From the human T2T-CHM13v2.0 reference genome, Homo sapiens: a stretch of 64,000 nt of DNA. Made by a program: the position numbers and the translations under genes. Below the pieces are notes generated by a model. That model saw nothing but the letters and a program-made list of their open reading frames with translations. It did no database searches and was not told the DNA's origin. Positions 1 through 14,218 of the stretch are shown in pieces (position 1 is the stretch's first letter; each line of letters starts with the position of its first letter). The stretch lies in assembly GCF_009914755.1 (NCBI RefSeq), contig NC_060941.1. The stretch is one strand, 5' to 3'.

Positions 1-169
1 TTTTCTCGGGAACAGTCATCATTTAGCTTTTTCCCAAAGGAAAGGAACTCTGTGTGTCCCTGGTGGCTCTGGGAATGGCGTGTGAGCCCATTTCCTCAGG
101 AGTAAAACTAAGATGGTAATGAATAATGTCTGTTTGATTTGTGTCAGATATTCATGTGACACAGACACT

Positions 170-290
170 AAGTGCTCGTAAACACTCTCAGTTAATTCTT
201 GTGACAGCCTTTAGGGAATAGGCCTCATGCTTACCTCCATTATACAGATGAGGAAAACTGAGGCCTAGAGAGTCTGAGTCGTCCCACTGC
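170..290. mobile_element. MIR SINE fragment
   Basis: MIR core-like 'cattatacagatgaggaaaactgaggcctagagag'. Confidence 0.7.
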
Positions 291-3200
291 TATGTGACCA
301 TGTGCCTGCACCATCTAACATGGTGCCAGCGCTCCTGATGTGTGGACGTGAGTGTCTGTTTTCTGGATGTGCATACAGCAGTGTACCAGGCTGCATGACC
401 GTGGGGTGCTGCTGCATAGAACCTTTGGCCATGAGCGAGTTTTTGGTGAACTAACAGAATTCATTGTCCCCTTCCTGGTAGAGAATTGCTTCTGTGTCCT
501 GAGGAGATGTGGCATGAAGGGTGGGCAAGGATTGTTCCTGCCAGCTGGGTGGCCGTGTCTTTCATCCTTCCTTCCTCCCGACCAGTCCACGGCTGTGTTC
601 AAGCCTGGTGGGGAGCCGTGAAGGCAGAACCGTTTCTCCGTCCTTCCTTTTGTCCCTGTCACCTTCCCCTGGCTGCTAGCAGAGTACCTGTCCTGTGTCA
701 CAGAGAGACAGAGCCCCAATTGTTTTCTTTCCGCTGCGTCTGCTCCTTGCCTCCCCCTCAGCCACCCACGAGGTCTCAGTGCTGTGCCAGCTAGCTTGCT
801 GCAGGGAGCCGCTGCCTCCCTTCGGAGCACCCACGCTTCCAGTCTCCCTTCCATCTTTCATAAAAGCATGGGCCTGTGGCTCAGTGGTATGGGCCACCAG
901 CTTTGTCCTTAAGACCCCTCTTCATTATTTCCCTGAGCCCACTCTGGGGCCCAGTGTGGGCACTTGTTCAGGTTTCTCTGTTGGGATTCTTCTTGGTTTA
1001 GGGAGGGTGGTTGGCATGTGGTGGAGTTGAGAGGGGCCTTGTTGCTTCCAGGTGCTTTGGTAGAGTGGTCCCAGGTATCCACTGGGCGTGTTTGCTGCTT
1101 TCTCCTGTCTTCCCTGTCACAGTCCACTTTAGGGTTATATAAACCACACACAGAAGCCTACAAATAGACTTTTGTTGTTCATCCTCAAGTAGGCACTAAT
1201 TCCATTCGATGGAACCTGGGATGGGCATCGCTTTCTCCCAGGGCAGGGAGCACTGCCTGCTGTCCCACAGCATGTCTCACCCACCCTCGTGGTGGGGCAG
1301 GTCGAGGGCCCAACAGGGATGCTCTTGGGCTTTTTCACTGCAGGCCTCAGCCAGCACCCCCAGGCAGCCCCTGTTGCTGCTCTCTGGCCAACAGTCTCCT
1401 AAGAGTCCAGGGTTGCCCATTGCTATTGTGGGGTCACATATCTTTCTACATCCATACTCCTAGGGAGGCGGAGTCGGTCTTGAAACTGGGTGGGGACCCC
1501 TCCATTCCCCCGTGCTCCTCTTGACTGGGGCAGTACTGTTCTCGCCCCCTAAGAAGGAGGTAGAGGTGAGGTCCCTGTTCACCTTGTCTTGGAGACCAGT
1601 CAAGACAGGAAAGCTCTCACCTCAGAGATGGATGGGTCCCTTGGCCACTGAGTCAGGCCACTGAGGCAGAGGAGGGCAGGCAGTCACTCACTGGTGGTGG
1701 TGTGAGAGACGCTGTCTCTGATTATCCGACGTCCTGTAATGAGATACTTTTCAGTGAGGGCTGTTCCCTGGAAACAGTGTGACTCCAGGACTATGGGAAG
1801 GGGGTCTGATTTGGGCCCTAATTCCAGCTCAGCCATTACCAGCCTGGTGGCCTAGGCAGGGCCTTCCTTTCAAGGATTTGATCTTTATAATAGTTTTGAT
1901 CTTTATTTAGGGTTAGGATTAGGTTAAGGTTTTGATCTTTAAAATAGTTTTTCCTACCCCATATAGGACATCTGCCACTCAAAGGGAGGCATGTTAAAGA
2001 AACCTTTTATTGTGGCAAGCCGTAAGACAAAAAAACATGTGCATCCCAGGTTCAGCTTGATGAAGTTTCACAGATTAAGCACACCTGTGTAGCCAGTACC
2101 ATGATCAGGATCTTCCTGAGTCCCTCAGTGGCTTTGAGGGATCTCAGAGCACGGCATCTCCAGGTGGGTGTGGGAGCTTGTCCAGGGCGAAGTGTCTGCA
2201 GTGTTGCAGTGAGGCACGGGGTGGCCTCACCACCATGTCTTTCTCAGCCCTGCCGGCGTCCAACACAGCAGAGGTGCTCAGTACCCCGTTTTCTACTGAG
2301 TGACTGAATGGGTGAAAGGCAACTGGATTCCTACACTCTTGGTCTTTTCCAGGGAGTCTGTGTCTTGGTGTTTCTGCTGCTTCACTCTTTGTGGTCGACT
2401 TGTAGAAGCCCCTCTGCCCAGAGGACTTGATCCTGGGCAGGCAGCAGCAGGAACACACCATGCCTGGCGTGGGCAGAACCTGTGATCTTGAAAGAGTTGA
2501 GCCTCCACCACTTCAGAGAGAGGGCAGCAAGAGCGCTCTGGAGCCTGCCCTCCACAGAGCTTGGTGCTTTGAGACCTGGACAGTGCCCACCAGACAGAAT
2601 CCACATAGTGTTTCCTCTCCTCCTTCCAGAACCGGATCTTCCTGAGTCCCTCAGTGGCTTTGACTGGTGAAGGCTGGCCAGGCCTGCTGGAGAGATCCGG
2701 GATGCAGAGCTGTTTAGTCTGGGAGGCAGGTCAGTCTCAGAGGATGGGTGGGTCAGGGCTGAACACAAGGAAAAAAGACGCCACACATGGAAGGAAATCA
2801 CCACTATGCCATCATAACTGACCAACTACATTTTCCCAACCTTGGAAGGACAAGGTAGGAGTGGCAGGCTAGAAGGATAGGTCTTCAAACATCACTGTTG
2901 ATGCAAAGCTCCCATAACAAGTTGGATTTCTGAGAAGCAGATTGGGAATTCCCAGTGGGAGAGAGGCAGATGAGAGCATCCAAGATAACGACTTCTTTCC
3001 CAGATGCTGGCCTTCCTGGAATGCTGGCAGAGGATCTCAGTTCTTAATAATTATTTTATTGGGTGGGGAAGTCTTTGGAAGCAGAAAATAAGCCAAAGAG
3101 GAACTTAATGTCATACCCCTTTCTCAAGGAAAGTTTTATCTACAACACATTTGGTCTATTCTTAGCTTCTGCTCCTGTCCTTTGGAAACGTAGCCTGGAG

Positions 3201-4473
3201 GGTGTCGGGATTTAATGGGCTCTAGCCCCCTGCCCCTCCCTTTAGAGTGAGGGGGTGGATTGGTGTTTGTGGGTTTTCTCTGTGAATCAGTTCTGAGAAC
3301 ACCAGAGAGCTTCTTTCAGGGTTCTGGACTTACTGCCAGGAGGCCCAATTCCTCCCAGTGACAAAGTCACTGAAGACAAGAGTCTTCAGGAAGGAGCCTC
3401 AGAGCCTGGGCAGGGCGGGGACTTCAAGGCTGCTGCCAGGTTTGGGTAGATGTGGGGAGCAGGAGCCAGACAGAGGCTGGGTGCTATTCAGGTTGCTCCG
3501 GCATCTGGCATTTGGGCACAAGACCTGTCCTTAGAAGGCTTGGGGCTGGCAGGTGCCTTGTGAGCCTGACACTGTTGGTGCAGGGAGACACCTGCATCAT
3601 CTCACGCAGCAGCTTCCTCTGGAGTTCAGTGTCCTGGGGCGCAACAGGGAGGGCTGTGGCCTGGCCTGTATTCAGGTGGATTTGGCACACAGGCCCAGGC
3701 TGGTCCTGCACATCCCCTGCTAGAGAGCAATCCCTACCCTCCTTTGTCCCCTTCGTGTCTGAGACTCTGATGGCGGGGGAAACCCAGAGATTCCTGTTGT
3801 GCATTGAGCTCGTTCTTGAGTTCCCATCTCTCTAGCTGGTTTGGAATCTTAAGTTTCTCCCCAGCAGGTGATTTGAAGTCCTTTGGGCTTCCAGCTTGCA
3901 TGGGTTCCTCTGTGCCTGCCTGCTGCCCTCTGTGTCTGTAAGTGGTTGGCAGGAAGGTGCATGTGTGAGAACCCATGGTATGCCCGCTTAGGGCCAGGGC
4001 TGCAGAGGTTGCTCGCTGCTCAGGGGCCTGCCCGGAGCCCTGGCCACATGTCCCGCCTCACATACCTGCAAGGGCCATTTCCCTGTAGATAGAGCAGTTG
4101 CCTGACACAGCCACCACCTCTCCCTTTTTCCCAGGCCTGCTGGAGAAGGATGGCCCTCCCTCCTGCCTTGTCCCTCAGGCTGCCTGAGGGTTTCGTTTTC
4201 TTGTGGCTGGCATGGCCTTTCAGGGTACTGTCCCCAAGCACTTTATGAATCATAATCGCAGCTCCAGCATGTCCATTCACCCCCACTGCCAGCAGGCTCT
4301 TTACAGCTGCATTTTGTCTCCACACTCTTCTGTCTTTCTTTGCTTTCATCAGGCCCTCTTTGGCCCAGCAAAAAGCTGTAAGTGACTTAATACAGCTGGG
4401 TGGCCAGCCTGGGACAGACAGCCATCGGAGCCAAGCCTCTGGCATCAAATATAGATCAAGGTCTCCCTTTGAG

Positions 4474-4648
4474 GCAGTGGTTCCCAGCCTTGGCTGAACA
4501 TTAGAATCACTAGAGAAGCTTTTAAGAATTCCTATGCCTCAGCCCTACATCTGAGAATTTAAATCTGAGTCTCTCTCTGGGCATAGAACCTCTATTTTGA
4601 AATCTTCCCAGGTGATTACATTATTCAGCAAAAGTTTGGAACCATTGC
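4474..4648. mobile_element. MER5-type hAT-Charlie MITE
   Basis: Terminal inverted ends 'gcagtggttccca...tggaaccattgc' and internal 'ttagaatcac', 'cccaggtgatt'. Confidence 0.75.
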
Positions 4649-5559
4649 TTTAAGCTCTAAAACCTTCCATTTTAAGCCAGCTGGCCTTTGTCTCTAGCCT
4701 CTAGAGAGGTCTGGGCCCCCTGAAGCTGCTTCTCCCTGCTGTAGATCCCTCAGGGGTGACCGGGAGGGTGCTGGGGGTGGGGCCGGGTGAATGTTATGGG
4801 CCTCACAGCTGCATTGCTTTCAGTCTCACTGCAGCAAACAGCAGCTTGTTTTCTCTAGATCTGCCTGGCAGGCCTTTGGGCAGAAAAGGCAGTTACACCA
4901 TGTGGCATGGCAGCGCCCTCTCCCTCTCAGGCTCAGGCAGACTTGGAGACCAGGCAAGCTGGGACACAGGAAGCTCCATCTGAAGCCACCAGTGGCAGCA
5001 CTCCGCCCACCTGTATGCTAGCACTGCCTCTTCTCCAGTGCAACTTCTCCCGCCGGCTGTGGTGCGCAGATTTCTGAAAGCGCTCAAACAGGCTGAAGGG
5101 CCCTTAGCCCCCTTCTCTCCCTTTCCTTCTGTGTCCTCTCCTTACCCTCGCCACTTTGTTCCCCTCCCTTCTTATCCAAACATGCCTTGGAAAGGTCTCA
5201 AAAACTCATGCTGAAGGTATAAAATATTCAATCAGTATCCGTTCTGCCCACTGCTGAGCTCGTGGGTATATGGGGCACCGTTGCAGGTTCTTCTCTGAGA
5301 ATTCACCAGAGGGACTTCCAGACAGTGGTGTAAAAGGGAGTGTGCACTTTTGCAGTAGAGTGGAGTCTGCAAGCCAAGAGGCCAGAGGAGCCATACATAG
5401 GCTCTGTGTGCAAGGGAAAGCAGTTCTCTCACACGAGTACTGACACTTTTGAGACCACAATGCCTGTGTACTGGGATTCAACAGTTAAGTAAATGGACGG
5501 CAGGTGGCAGGAGCCACTGTTGCACACAGTGACAAGGAACAGGCAGGCAAGGGAAGGAG

Positions 5560-7210
5560 GCTAGACTGATCCACGGAGGTGCTAGTGTGTTTAGTTGATA
5601 GAGACTTTAATAAAGATACATAAGGATACAGAGAGAAGTGTTTATAGATATGTGGTATGCCCAGGTTATATACACCTCTATTTCCTTGTTCCATTAGCGG
5701 AGAGGGCCTAGAAGCTGTGAGACCCGCGAAACAATGAGCACACCTGCCATCCAGATCTTGATTTTTAATGGCACTTTCCAATAAAAGTAAACCAGGGCTT
5801 CTGGAGGAAATGATCAATTCTAGGGCTGGGGCGGGAAATATACCCTAAAGGTACATGAAGCACCTTGCAATGCCAGGAAGTGCTTTGAGGCTGCACAGGT
5901 GCACATGCGGATGGGGGTGTGTCAGGGGGACATGGGAGCCGGCTGAAAAGCTCCCAGTGTCCAAAGCTGGAACACTTTGAGCAACAAAATAAATACTGTA
6001 ATGTTGGATTATGGTGTAGTGTGGATGTTTGTCCCCTCCAAACCTCACGTTGAAATGTGTTCCCCAGTGTTGGAGGTGGGGCCTAGTTGGGAGGCGTTTG
6101 GGTCATGAGGGCAGATCCCTCATGAGTAGATCAGTGCCCTGCCCTGGGCGGGGCAGCAAGTGGGTTCTTGCTCTGTTAGTTTCCTGGAGACCTTGTTGTT
6201 AAAAAGTGCCTGGCAGCTTCCTTCTCACTCCCGCCCTCCTCTCTGACCATGTGATCTCTGCACACACCAGCGCCCATTTGCCTTCCACCCTGAGTAGAGC
6301 AGCACAAGGCCCTCCCCAGATGAGATCCCCAATCTTGAACTTTCCAGCCATCCAGAATTGTGAGCCAAATAACCCTCTTTTTCTTTATAGATGACCCAGC
6401 TTCAGGTATTCCCTTATAGCGGCACAAAACAGACTAAGACAAGATATAAAATCCACAAGTCCGTATTGGCATAAGGAAATCATTTAGTAAAGAAATAAAT
6501 AAATGGGAGAGAAGAAACAAAATGTCCTGTGCAGAATTCCAGGTTATTTATGCAGCTACTCCTTACTTAAGGAGATGGCCATAGCTCCCCACTCCGTGTT
6601 GAGTGGTGACTTCCTTCCAGAGAGCACAGGGGTGGGGAGCAGCTCTGCAGCAGAGAAACTGACAGGCACGACCCCAGCCAGGCACTTAAGGTCATCATCA
6701 ACAGTGATCAGTCGTGAAGCCTTGGAAGGATGGGAAGAGAAGGGGTATCACCTCTATGGTTGTCCTCCCTTAAACACATAACCACAGTCTAGTCGTGAGA
6801 ACAACGTCAGACAAACCCAAATTGAGGTGCAGTCTACAACACACCTGATCAGCACTCCTCAAAACCATCAAGGTCACCCAAAACACAGAAGGTCTGAGAA
6901 ACTGTTGCAGCCAAAAGGAGCCTCAGGGGACAGGACACTTAATGTGATGTGGGGTCCTGAGTGGGATCTTGGAGCAGGAGAACAGTAGATGCAAGCTGAG
7001 GCCACCTGAATCAAGTTGTGCTGAATGAGGTGTGAGCTTTAGTTAATAACAGGTCAGTATTGGTTTATTCATTGTAGCAAATGCACTGCACTGATGTATT
7101 AATAACAGGGTAAACTGGGTGAGAGGTGTAGGAGAACTCTTCACACACTCTTGTCTTCTTTTCTGTAAATGTGAATCTATTCTGAAATTAAAAGGTTATT
7201 TTAAAAGTTT
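5560..7210 (+). mobile_element. Old L1M (L1MC/MD-like) 3' region, interrupted by an MST LTR
   Basis: L1M 3'-UTR-like segments ('ccagatcttg...aaccagggct...ctagggctgggg'; 'ggagaactct...ttttctgtaaat...aaattaaaaggttattttaaaa') followed by an A-rich tail at ~7210-7240. Confidence 0.6.
6015..6441 (+). mobile_element. MST-family MaLR solo LTR
   Basis: 'tgtagtgtggatgtttgtcccctccaaacctcacgttgaaat...gtgagccaaataaccctcttt...acagactaagaca'; TG...CA ends. Confidence 0.85.
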
Positions 7211-9384
7211 AAAAAAAAAAACCAAAAAAAAAAGAAAAAACCTCTAGGCACAGTGTCGTGGGAGAGCCCTGTTTCACAAGGGGTAGTACCAAAAAAAAAA
7301 AAAAAAAAAAAAAAAGTACCATAGAGACTCGAAGAGAGAGGAAGCCACTGTAGGCCAGGCTGCTAAGAAGGACCTGGAAAGCAGGTGCCAGTGGCCTTGC
7401 CCTTGAAGGACAGGGAAGACCAGCACCCTGGCCATGAAGGCCCCAGCAGGTGTCCTGAGGCAGGACCAGGGCCCCAGGTCATGAGAGGAAAGCTAGGAAG
7501 TGGGGGCTCAGCAGGGAGCCTCACCAGGGGCTTTTTCCCATCTCCCCTGCAGCCTGGGCACCTGCCTGCTGGCCTGTGTGTCCAGGGGGGTCTCTGTTTT
7601 CTGCTTCTGCTGAGGAGGGAGACCTGGCAACGGGTGGCCCCTGAGAGACCATGCTGGGGAACAGCTGTGGAGAGTGAAGCCAGCGTCCCTCTTGGGACCG
7701 CATGTTCTGTTGTAGGACTTGTTCAGACTCTTCTGCCTGTTAAACCGAGGCAGCAGGACCAAGTGGGAACTGCGGACTGACTCAGCTGTTACGGGCGGTA
7801 CCAACAGCAGGCAGTCTCCTACCTTCCTGAGTGTGATGTCTGGTCAGACCTGTGCCCAGTCTCCCTCAAGCGGGCCGCCTTCCCCAGCACTGCCCACTCA
7901 CTCTCTGTTCCCAGGAGGCCTTTCCCACCATATCTGCTGGCTTCTCACCGAGGCCCTTCCCCACATGCTACCCACCCTGGCATTTGTTTAGCTTGCCCGA
8001 CTGCTTGGAAGGGCAACCGTCCAGGCCAGGTTTCATCAGTTCTGTTCATTGTCGCATGACAGTCGTCGGCACCCCACAGAGCAGGTGTTGGGTAAATATT
8101 AATATTTACGAGGTGTGCGGGTGCTGTGGGCAGCGTGGTCCACCTTGGGCATGCTGCTGCGCTTTTCCAACTGGTGTCCCTGTGTATGCGATGGCAGTGA
8201 TACACCTCATACTTGCGGGACAGAACATGCCTGTGTGAAAGGCCTGGGTAACGGCGCTTTCTTATCTCCAGCTGAGCTCTGTCTCTGCCCTCCCACTCCT
8301 TGGGCCTAGCTCTCTCTGTCGGGATCTCCCAGGACAAGTCTCGAGCCTTGTGCCTGGGGCCACCTTTAAGACATCTGAATCCTCCAAACCCGGCCTCCTT
8401 GCCCCTGCATCCCACAAGTGCCCATCTCACAGCAGCTATGTATGCCCTCTCTTCCCCCCGTATCATGAAGTCTGTGGCAGGCACCATGTCTTCCTCATCA
8501 CTGTGACCCCAAGCCTGATGTCCAGTAGATGCCATGGAGTTAAAGGATTTGGGGGATGGTGGCCCTGCCCCGCAGCCCCAGCCCCTCCCCAGCTGCCCCT
8601 GTCCTCTGTACGTGGAACAGTCCTGGCTCCTGCCGTCTGCTCCTGCAGGGCTCACTCAGGACCGTCATCTGCATGGTTCATCGCTCCCATGAACTGAGTT
8701 CCACTTACTCCCAGCCTCCTCCCCTCTGCCCCTTTAAGGGGAGCCCAGCTCTGCGGGAGGAAGACAGCCTCCTGAGGACAGGGCTGCAACTGGGCTGTGG
8801 GTTGGTGCCACTGGACAAAGGTGTTTCAGCGCAGCCGGTGGCGTTGAGGGGGAGGGAGGGAGGATGAGGCGGCCCTCAGGCTGTGCCTGTACTGCGTTCC
8901 ATCCCCACTGAGTAGCACGCGGGCCTTGGGAGAGGCTAGGCATTTCTGCTGGTGACACAGCCAACTCACTCTGTCCTTTCTCCCTGGCCACAGGAGGCCA
9001 GTGAGGCATCCTCAGCCCTGGGCTGTTTCCCAGCGGTCCTCCGAGCTCAGACAGCTGGGATGGAACTTGGGGTCTCACTAGCTCCCATGAGCTTTGGGAG
9101 CTGTCCACTTGGGGACTCCCCAGGGTTGGGGCTGGAACTGTTTCATGCCCTGGGGGGTGGCAACTTGAGGCTGCCCTTGCAGACGGCTCCTGGCCCTGCC
9201 CTGCAGTCTCTTCTTCCACTGATTGGTATCCCTGCCTGCCCTCCCCAGCTGAGTCCATCACTAGTGGTATAGCTCTCAAGGGTCTGTTTTCTATGAAGAC
9301 AGGGACAGAAATGCCAGAGAAAGGTAGCTGGGGTATAGGTCAGGTACAGAATTTTTGAAAAGAAATTTGCCAGTAGCTGTTCTC

Positions 9385-10660
<1,276 letters not shown>

Positions 10661-11599
10661 TCACCCTTGGTTGGTGGATCCTGCTAGCTGACCATTGTGG
10701 TGGGTGAGGGGGATGAAAAGCTGTTCTTCCCCAGTTCCCATGCCTCTCCTACCTTCTTCCCATCTACCCCCCGCCCACCCACCACCAGTTTTAGGAGGAA
10801 GGTGGGCCTTAACTGGGTGAGGGCTCCCAAGGGAAGCTCCTCTGGCAGAGGGCCCTTGGCCATTTGGCGGGGGCCCTGGTATCTCGCTGCCCAGGCAGCG
10901 GCCGAAGCCAGCAGGCCAGCCTGGCATAGCAGGTGTGAGGAGGAACTTCCTGGTCTTGGCAGCAAGTGAAAAAGGTCCTTGTTTTCTTATTTTCTCCGTT
11001 AAAAAAAAAGTAGTTTAGTGGTTCTAACTATGCCCCTGGGAAAGCCCTGAACGGGTCATTTCCTCAGCATCCCACAAAGTCACTTGTAGCAGAAGGCCCA
11101 GCCCACGCACTGCAGCACCAAGGCTGGGGCGAGGCCCACACTGCATTGTTGCTGCTGGCATTAGCAGATGCTGCACATCTTGGAGGCCCCCTCCTGCTAA
11201 TCCACGAATGCCTCAGAAAGCATGCACTGTCTCTGGGGCCAGAGCTGAATCTTAGAAGAGGGCCTACTTGGGATGGGAGCGGTAGCTCTGCGTCTGTGGT
11301 GACACCCACTGTCACATTCCAGTAGAGGGAAGGAAAGGTAGGGCCTCGGGATTTTGGCCCTGACTGCATGGTTCCTGCTTCTTCTGTGATGGAGGCGGCA
11401 TGCTGTGGTGGGCTAGGAGTTAGGAAGCCTGGGCCTGAGTTTCCACGTCCAGACGTTAGGGAGAGGTGGGGTGTAGAGGGCCTTCCAGGCCTGGGTTGGC
11501 AGGGAGGCGAGCTCTTTCTCGTGATGGAGCCATGAAGGCCTGTTGGAAGGCCTGGCCTGCTTGCTGCTGAGCCTGTGGTTTCTCCCTGTTATCTGTGCA

Positions 11600-11820
11600 G
11601 TGTTCTGTTTTGTTTTGTTTGAAGTGTACAGGTCATTGTCTTTGAGGATATTCACGTGGTTATACAACCACCAACACAATCTAATTTCAGAGCATTTTTC
11701 ATCAACCCCCAAACAAACCCTGCATCCCTTAGCTGCCACCGCCACTCCTCCCCTCCTGCTTCCCATCTTTATCGATTGGCCTGTCCTGGACGCTTGATGT
11801 AAATGGAGTCATGCAGCATC
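11600..11820 (-). mobile_element. L1M 3' fragment
   Basis: 'caaccaccaacacaatctaatttcagagcatttttcatcaacccc...aaatggagtcatgca'. Confidence 0.6.
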
Positions 11821-13384
11821 ATCTCACAACTTTACCATCTGCTGGTTGCAGCAGAGTCATTGGCCCAAGGCTGGGGTGGTGGCTTCAGACCAACACCATG
11901 GACTTGGTGGCCTAGGTGCTGATCATGCAAAGGCCATTCCTCAGGGGCCTGCATCTCTTTCCAGACAGCTTCTCTACCTCATGCCCTGCAGAGCCTGCCA
12001 CTGTCTGGTCTTTGCACACGTGTCATCCTGTTAACCCTTAATGAATATGGGATTTTGGTTAAAATGATGGTTTCTATTTTATAAATAAAACGTATCTATT
12101 ACATATATAAGTAAATCAAATATTTATATTATAATTAAATCTATAATATAAATCTAGCAGGGTTGGCTTGTTCCATCATTCAGAAATGTTTACTGAAGCA
12201 CATATTGGAAGGTGCTGACCTAGGTGTATAGAGTAAATACAAGGAGTTTTATCAGGCACCTTGTGGCTTAGTATGCAGAGCAGTTGGGCAGACCTGTGGA
12301 TGGGCCATGGCCTCTGCACAGGGGCTCCCTTCAGGGAGCACAGGACAATGATCCAGGAGGGGAGATGTGCCAGGCAGGCCTCTCCGGCAGGACAGTGATA
12401 AAGGAGGCTGCTCTGTGCAGCGGGTAACCGTGGGTCTCCCAGGCCAGCAAGTAGGTCCAGGAGGCAAGGTGGGGCAATTGGTGCAGGGAGCAGAGCTTGG
12501 GCTGGGAGCTGTTGGAGCAGTTGAGTTGTGGGTTGGCTTGGCCGGATCTATGTTCATGAAGAATGGTTCTGGGGCTGTTCCTGTTGAATCATTCTGAGGC
12601 TCCCAGCACTGCTGTGCCTAGGAGGGTAGAACCCATGGGCCTCTTCACTGTGTACCAGGTGTTCCCAGCTGGCCTCATCTAGCCAAGCCTCCCACGGAAC
12701 TCCCAGAATCACAGGTCTGAGGCCTCCGTCCTGCCAGTCCCCAGTCTGTATTGGTGGGCAGTGGGAAAGGGCCTGCCCCGCATGCATCTGCAGCTGGGGA
12801 GAGGGGTCAGAAATGTTTTGCAGGTAGTGTCTGGGGCCAGGTGCTGTCAGCCTGGGGCTCAGCAGAGGGGCAGACCCTGCTCTCCCCTGGAATGTGGCCT
12901 GGGAAACCAGCCTCTGGTGCTCCCCAGGGCCCCAAGGCAAGGGCCAGAGAGGCACAGGGAGAATCTGCACGGTACTCAGCTGCCTTTGGATTGACCCTTC
13001 GGCTTGGTCCATTGTTTTCAAGAGCCCTTATCAGCCATCTTAGCACAAGTAGATGGCCATGGTCTCTGAGTAGAGGATGTGCCCCCTCCCCTTGCAGAAG
13101 ACGGTGGCCCATGATGCCCAGAGCTCCTCAGTCCACTGAGCCCTGCCTCTCTGCCACAGGGTAGAAGACGGAACATGCCCGACACTGTCCTCCCTCCTTC
13201 CCAAACATTCGAGGAAAGTTGTTGAACCCATCGTCTTCTGACCACCACCCTTGCTTGGTAGGAGAGTGGTGATGTGCACTGAGAAGCAGCAGGCGGCACG
13301 GGTGTGCCATCCCGAGCCTGAGCTCGAGTCCCGCTTCAGCTGTGCAGTATCGTTTGTAGTCTTGTGACAGAAGGGGGTAGATTA

Positions 13385-13878
13385 TCACCCCAAAGGGAAA
13401 TCTCTAGGCCAAAACATTAGGCCACTTCTCATTCCCCTCCCCTAGCCCCTGGCAACCACTCCTCTGCTTTTTCTCTATGGGTTGGCCTTTTCTGAACATT
13501 TCACCAAGATGGAGTCACACAGTGTGTGTCCTTTTGTGACTGGCTTCATTCACTTAGCGTGATGTTTCCAAGGTTTGCTCATGTTGGAGCATGTGTCAGG
13601 ATTTCATTCTTTTTATGGCTGAATAAAATAATATTCCATTGTATGAATATTGCATTTTGTCTATCCATTTGTCCACTGATGGACATTTGGGCTGTTTCCA
13701 CCTTTTGGCTATCGCAAATTATGCTGCTACGATATGATTTGTGTATATGTTCGAGTACCTGTCTTCTGTTCTTTTGGGTATATATCCAGTAATCAACTTG
13801 TTGGGTCATATGGAAACTGTCTGTAATTTTTTGAGGAACTGCTAAAGTTTTCCACAATAGCTACACCACTTTACAATC
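13385..13878 (-). mobile_element. L1MB/ME-type 3' fragment
   Basis: 'cccctggcaaccact...tggcttcattcacttagc...atggacatttgggctgtttccac...ttttttgaggaactgc'. Confidence 0.75.
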
Positions 13879-13897
13879 AAAACGAGGCCTATATTTA

Positions 13898-13992
13898 CTA
13901 CCATTTTACATTAGGGAAACTGAGGCTCACAATTTGCGACTTGCCCAGAATCACAGAGCTAGTGAGTGCAGAGCTAGGACTTGACTCCAAGG
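13898..13992. mobile_element. MIR SINE fragment
   Basis: 'ccattttaca...ggaaactgaggctca...acttgcccag...cacagagctagtgag'. Confidence 0.7.
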
Positions 13993-14218
13993 GTAGGCTC
14001 TTCTTGGCTAGAGAGCTCTGAAAACAGATTGCTTAGAGTCTACCTTAGATCTCAGAACTTCTGCAGAGGGAAACAGCTGGGAGAGCAGTGGTTTGTGGCT
14101 CCAGCTCTTCCTCCTGTCCTGGGCTGATGGAAGCCCCATGAGCTGGTCTCCCTGGCCTGTGCTGTAGGTCCAGCCTAGGTAGCCCTGGCTGGCCAAAGCT
14201 GCCTAAGGTCCTGGGAGT

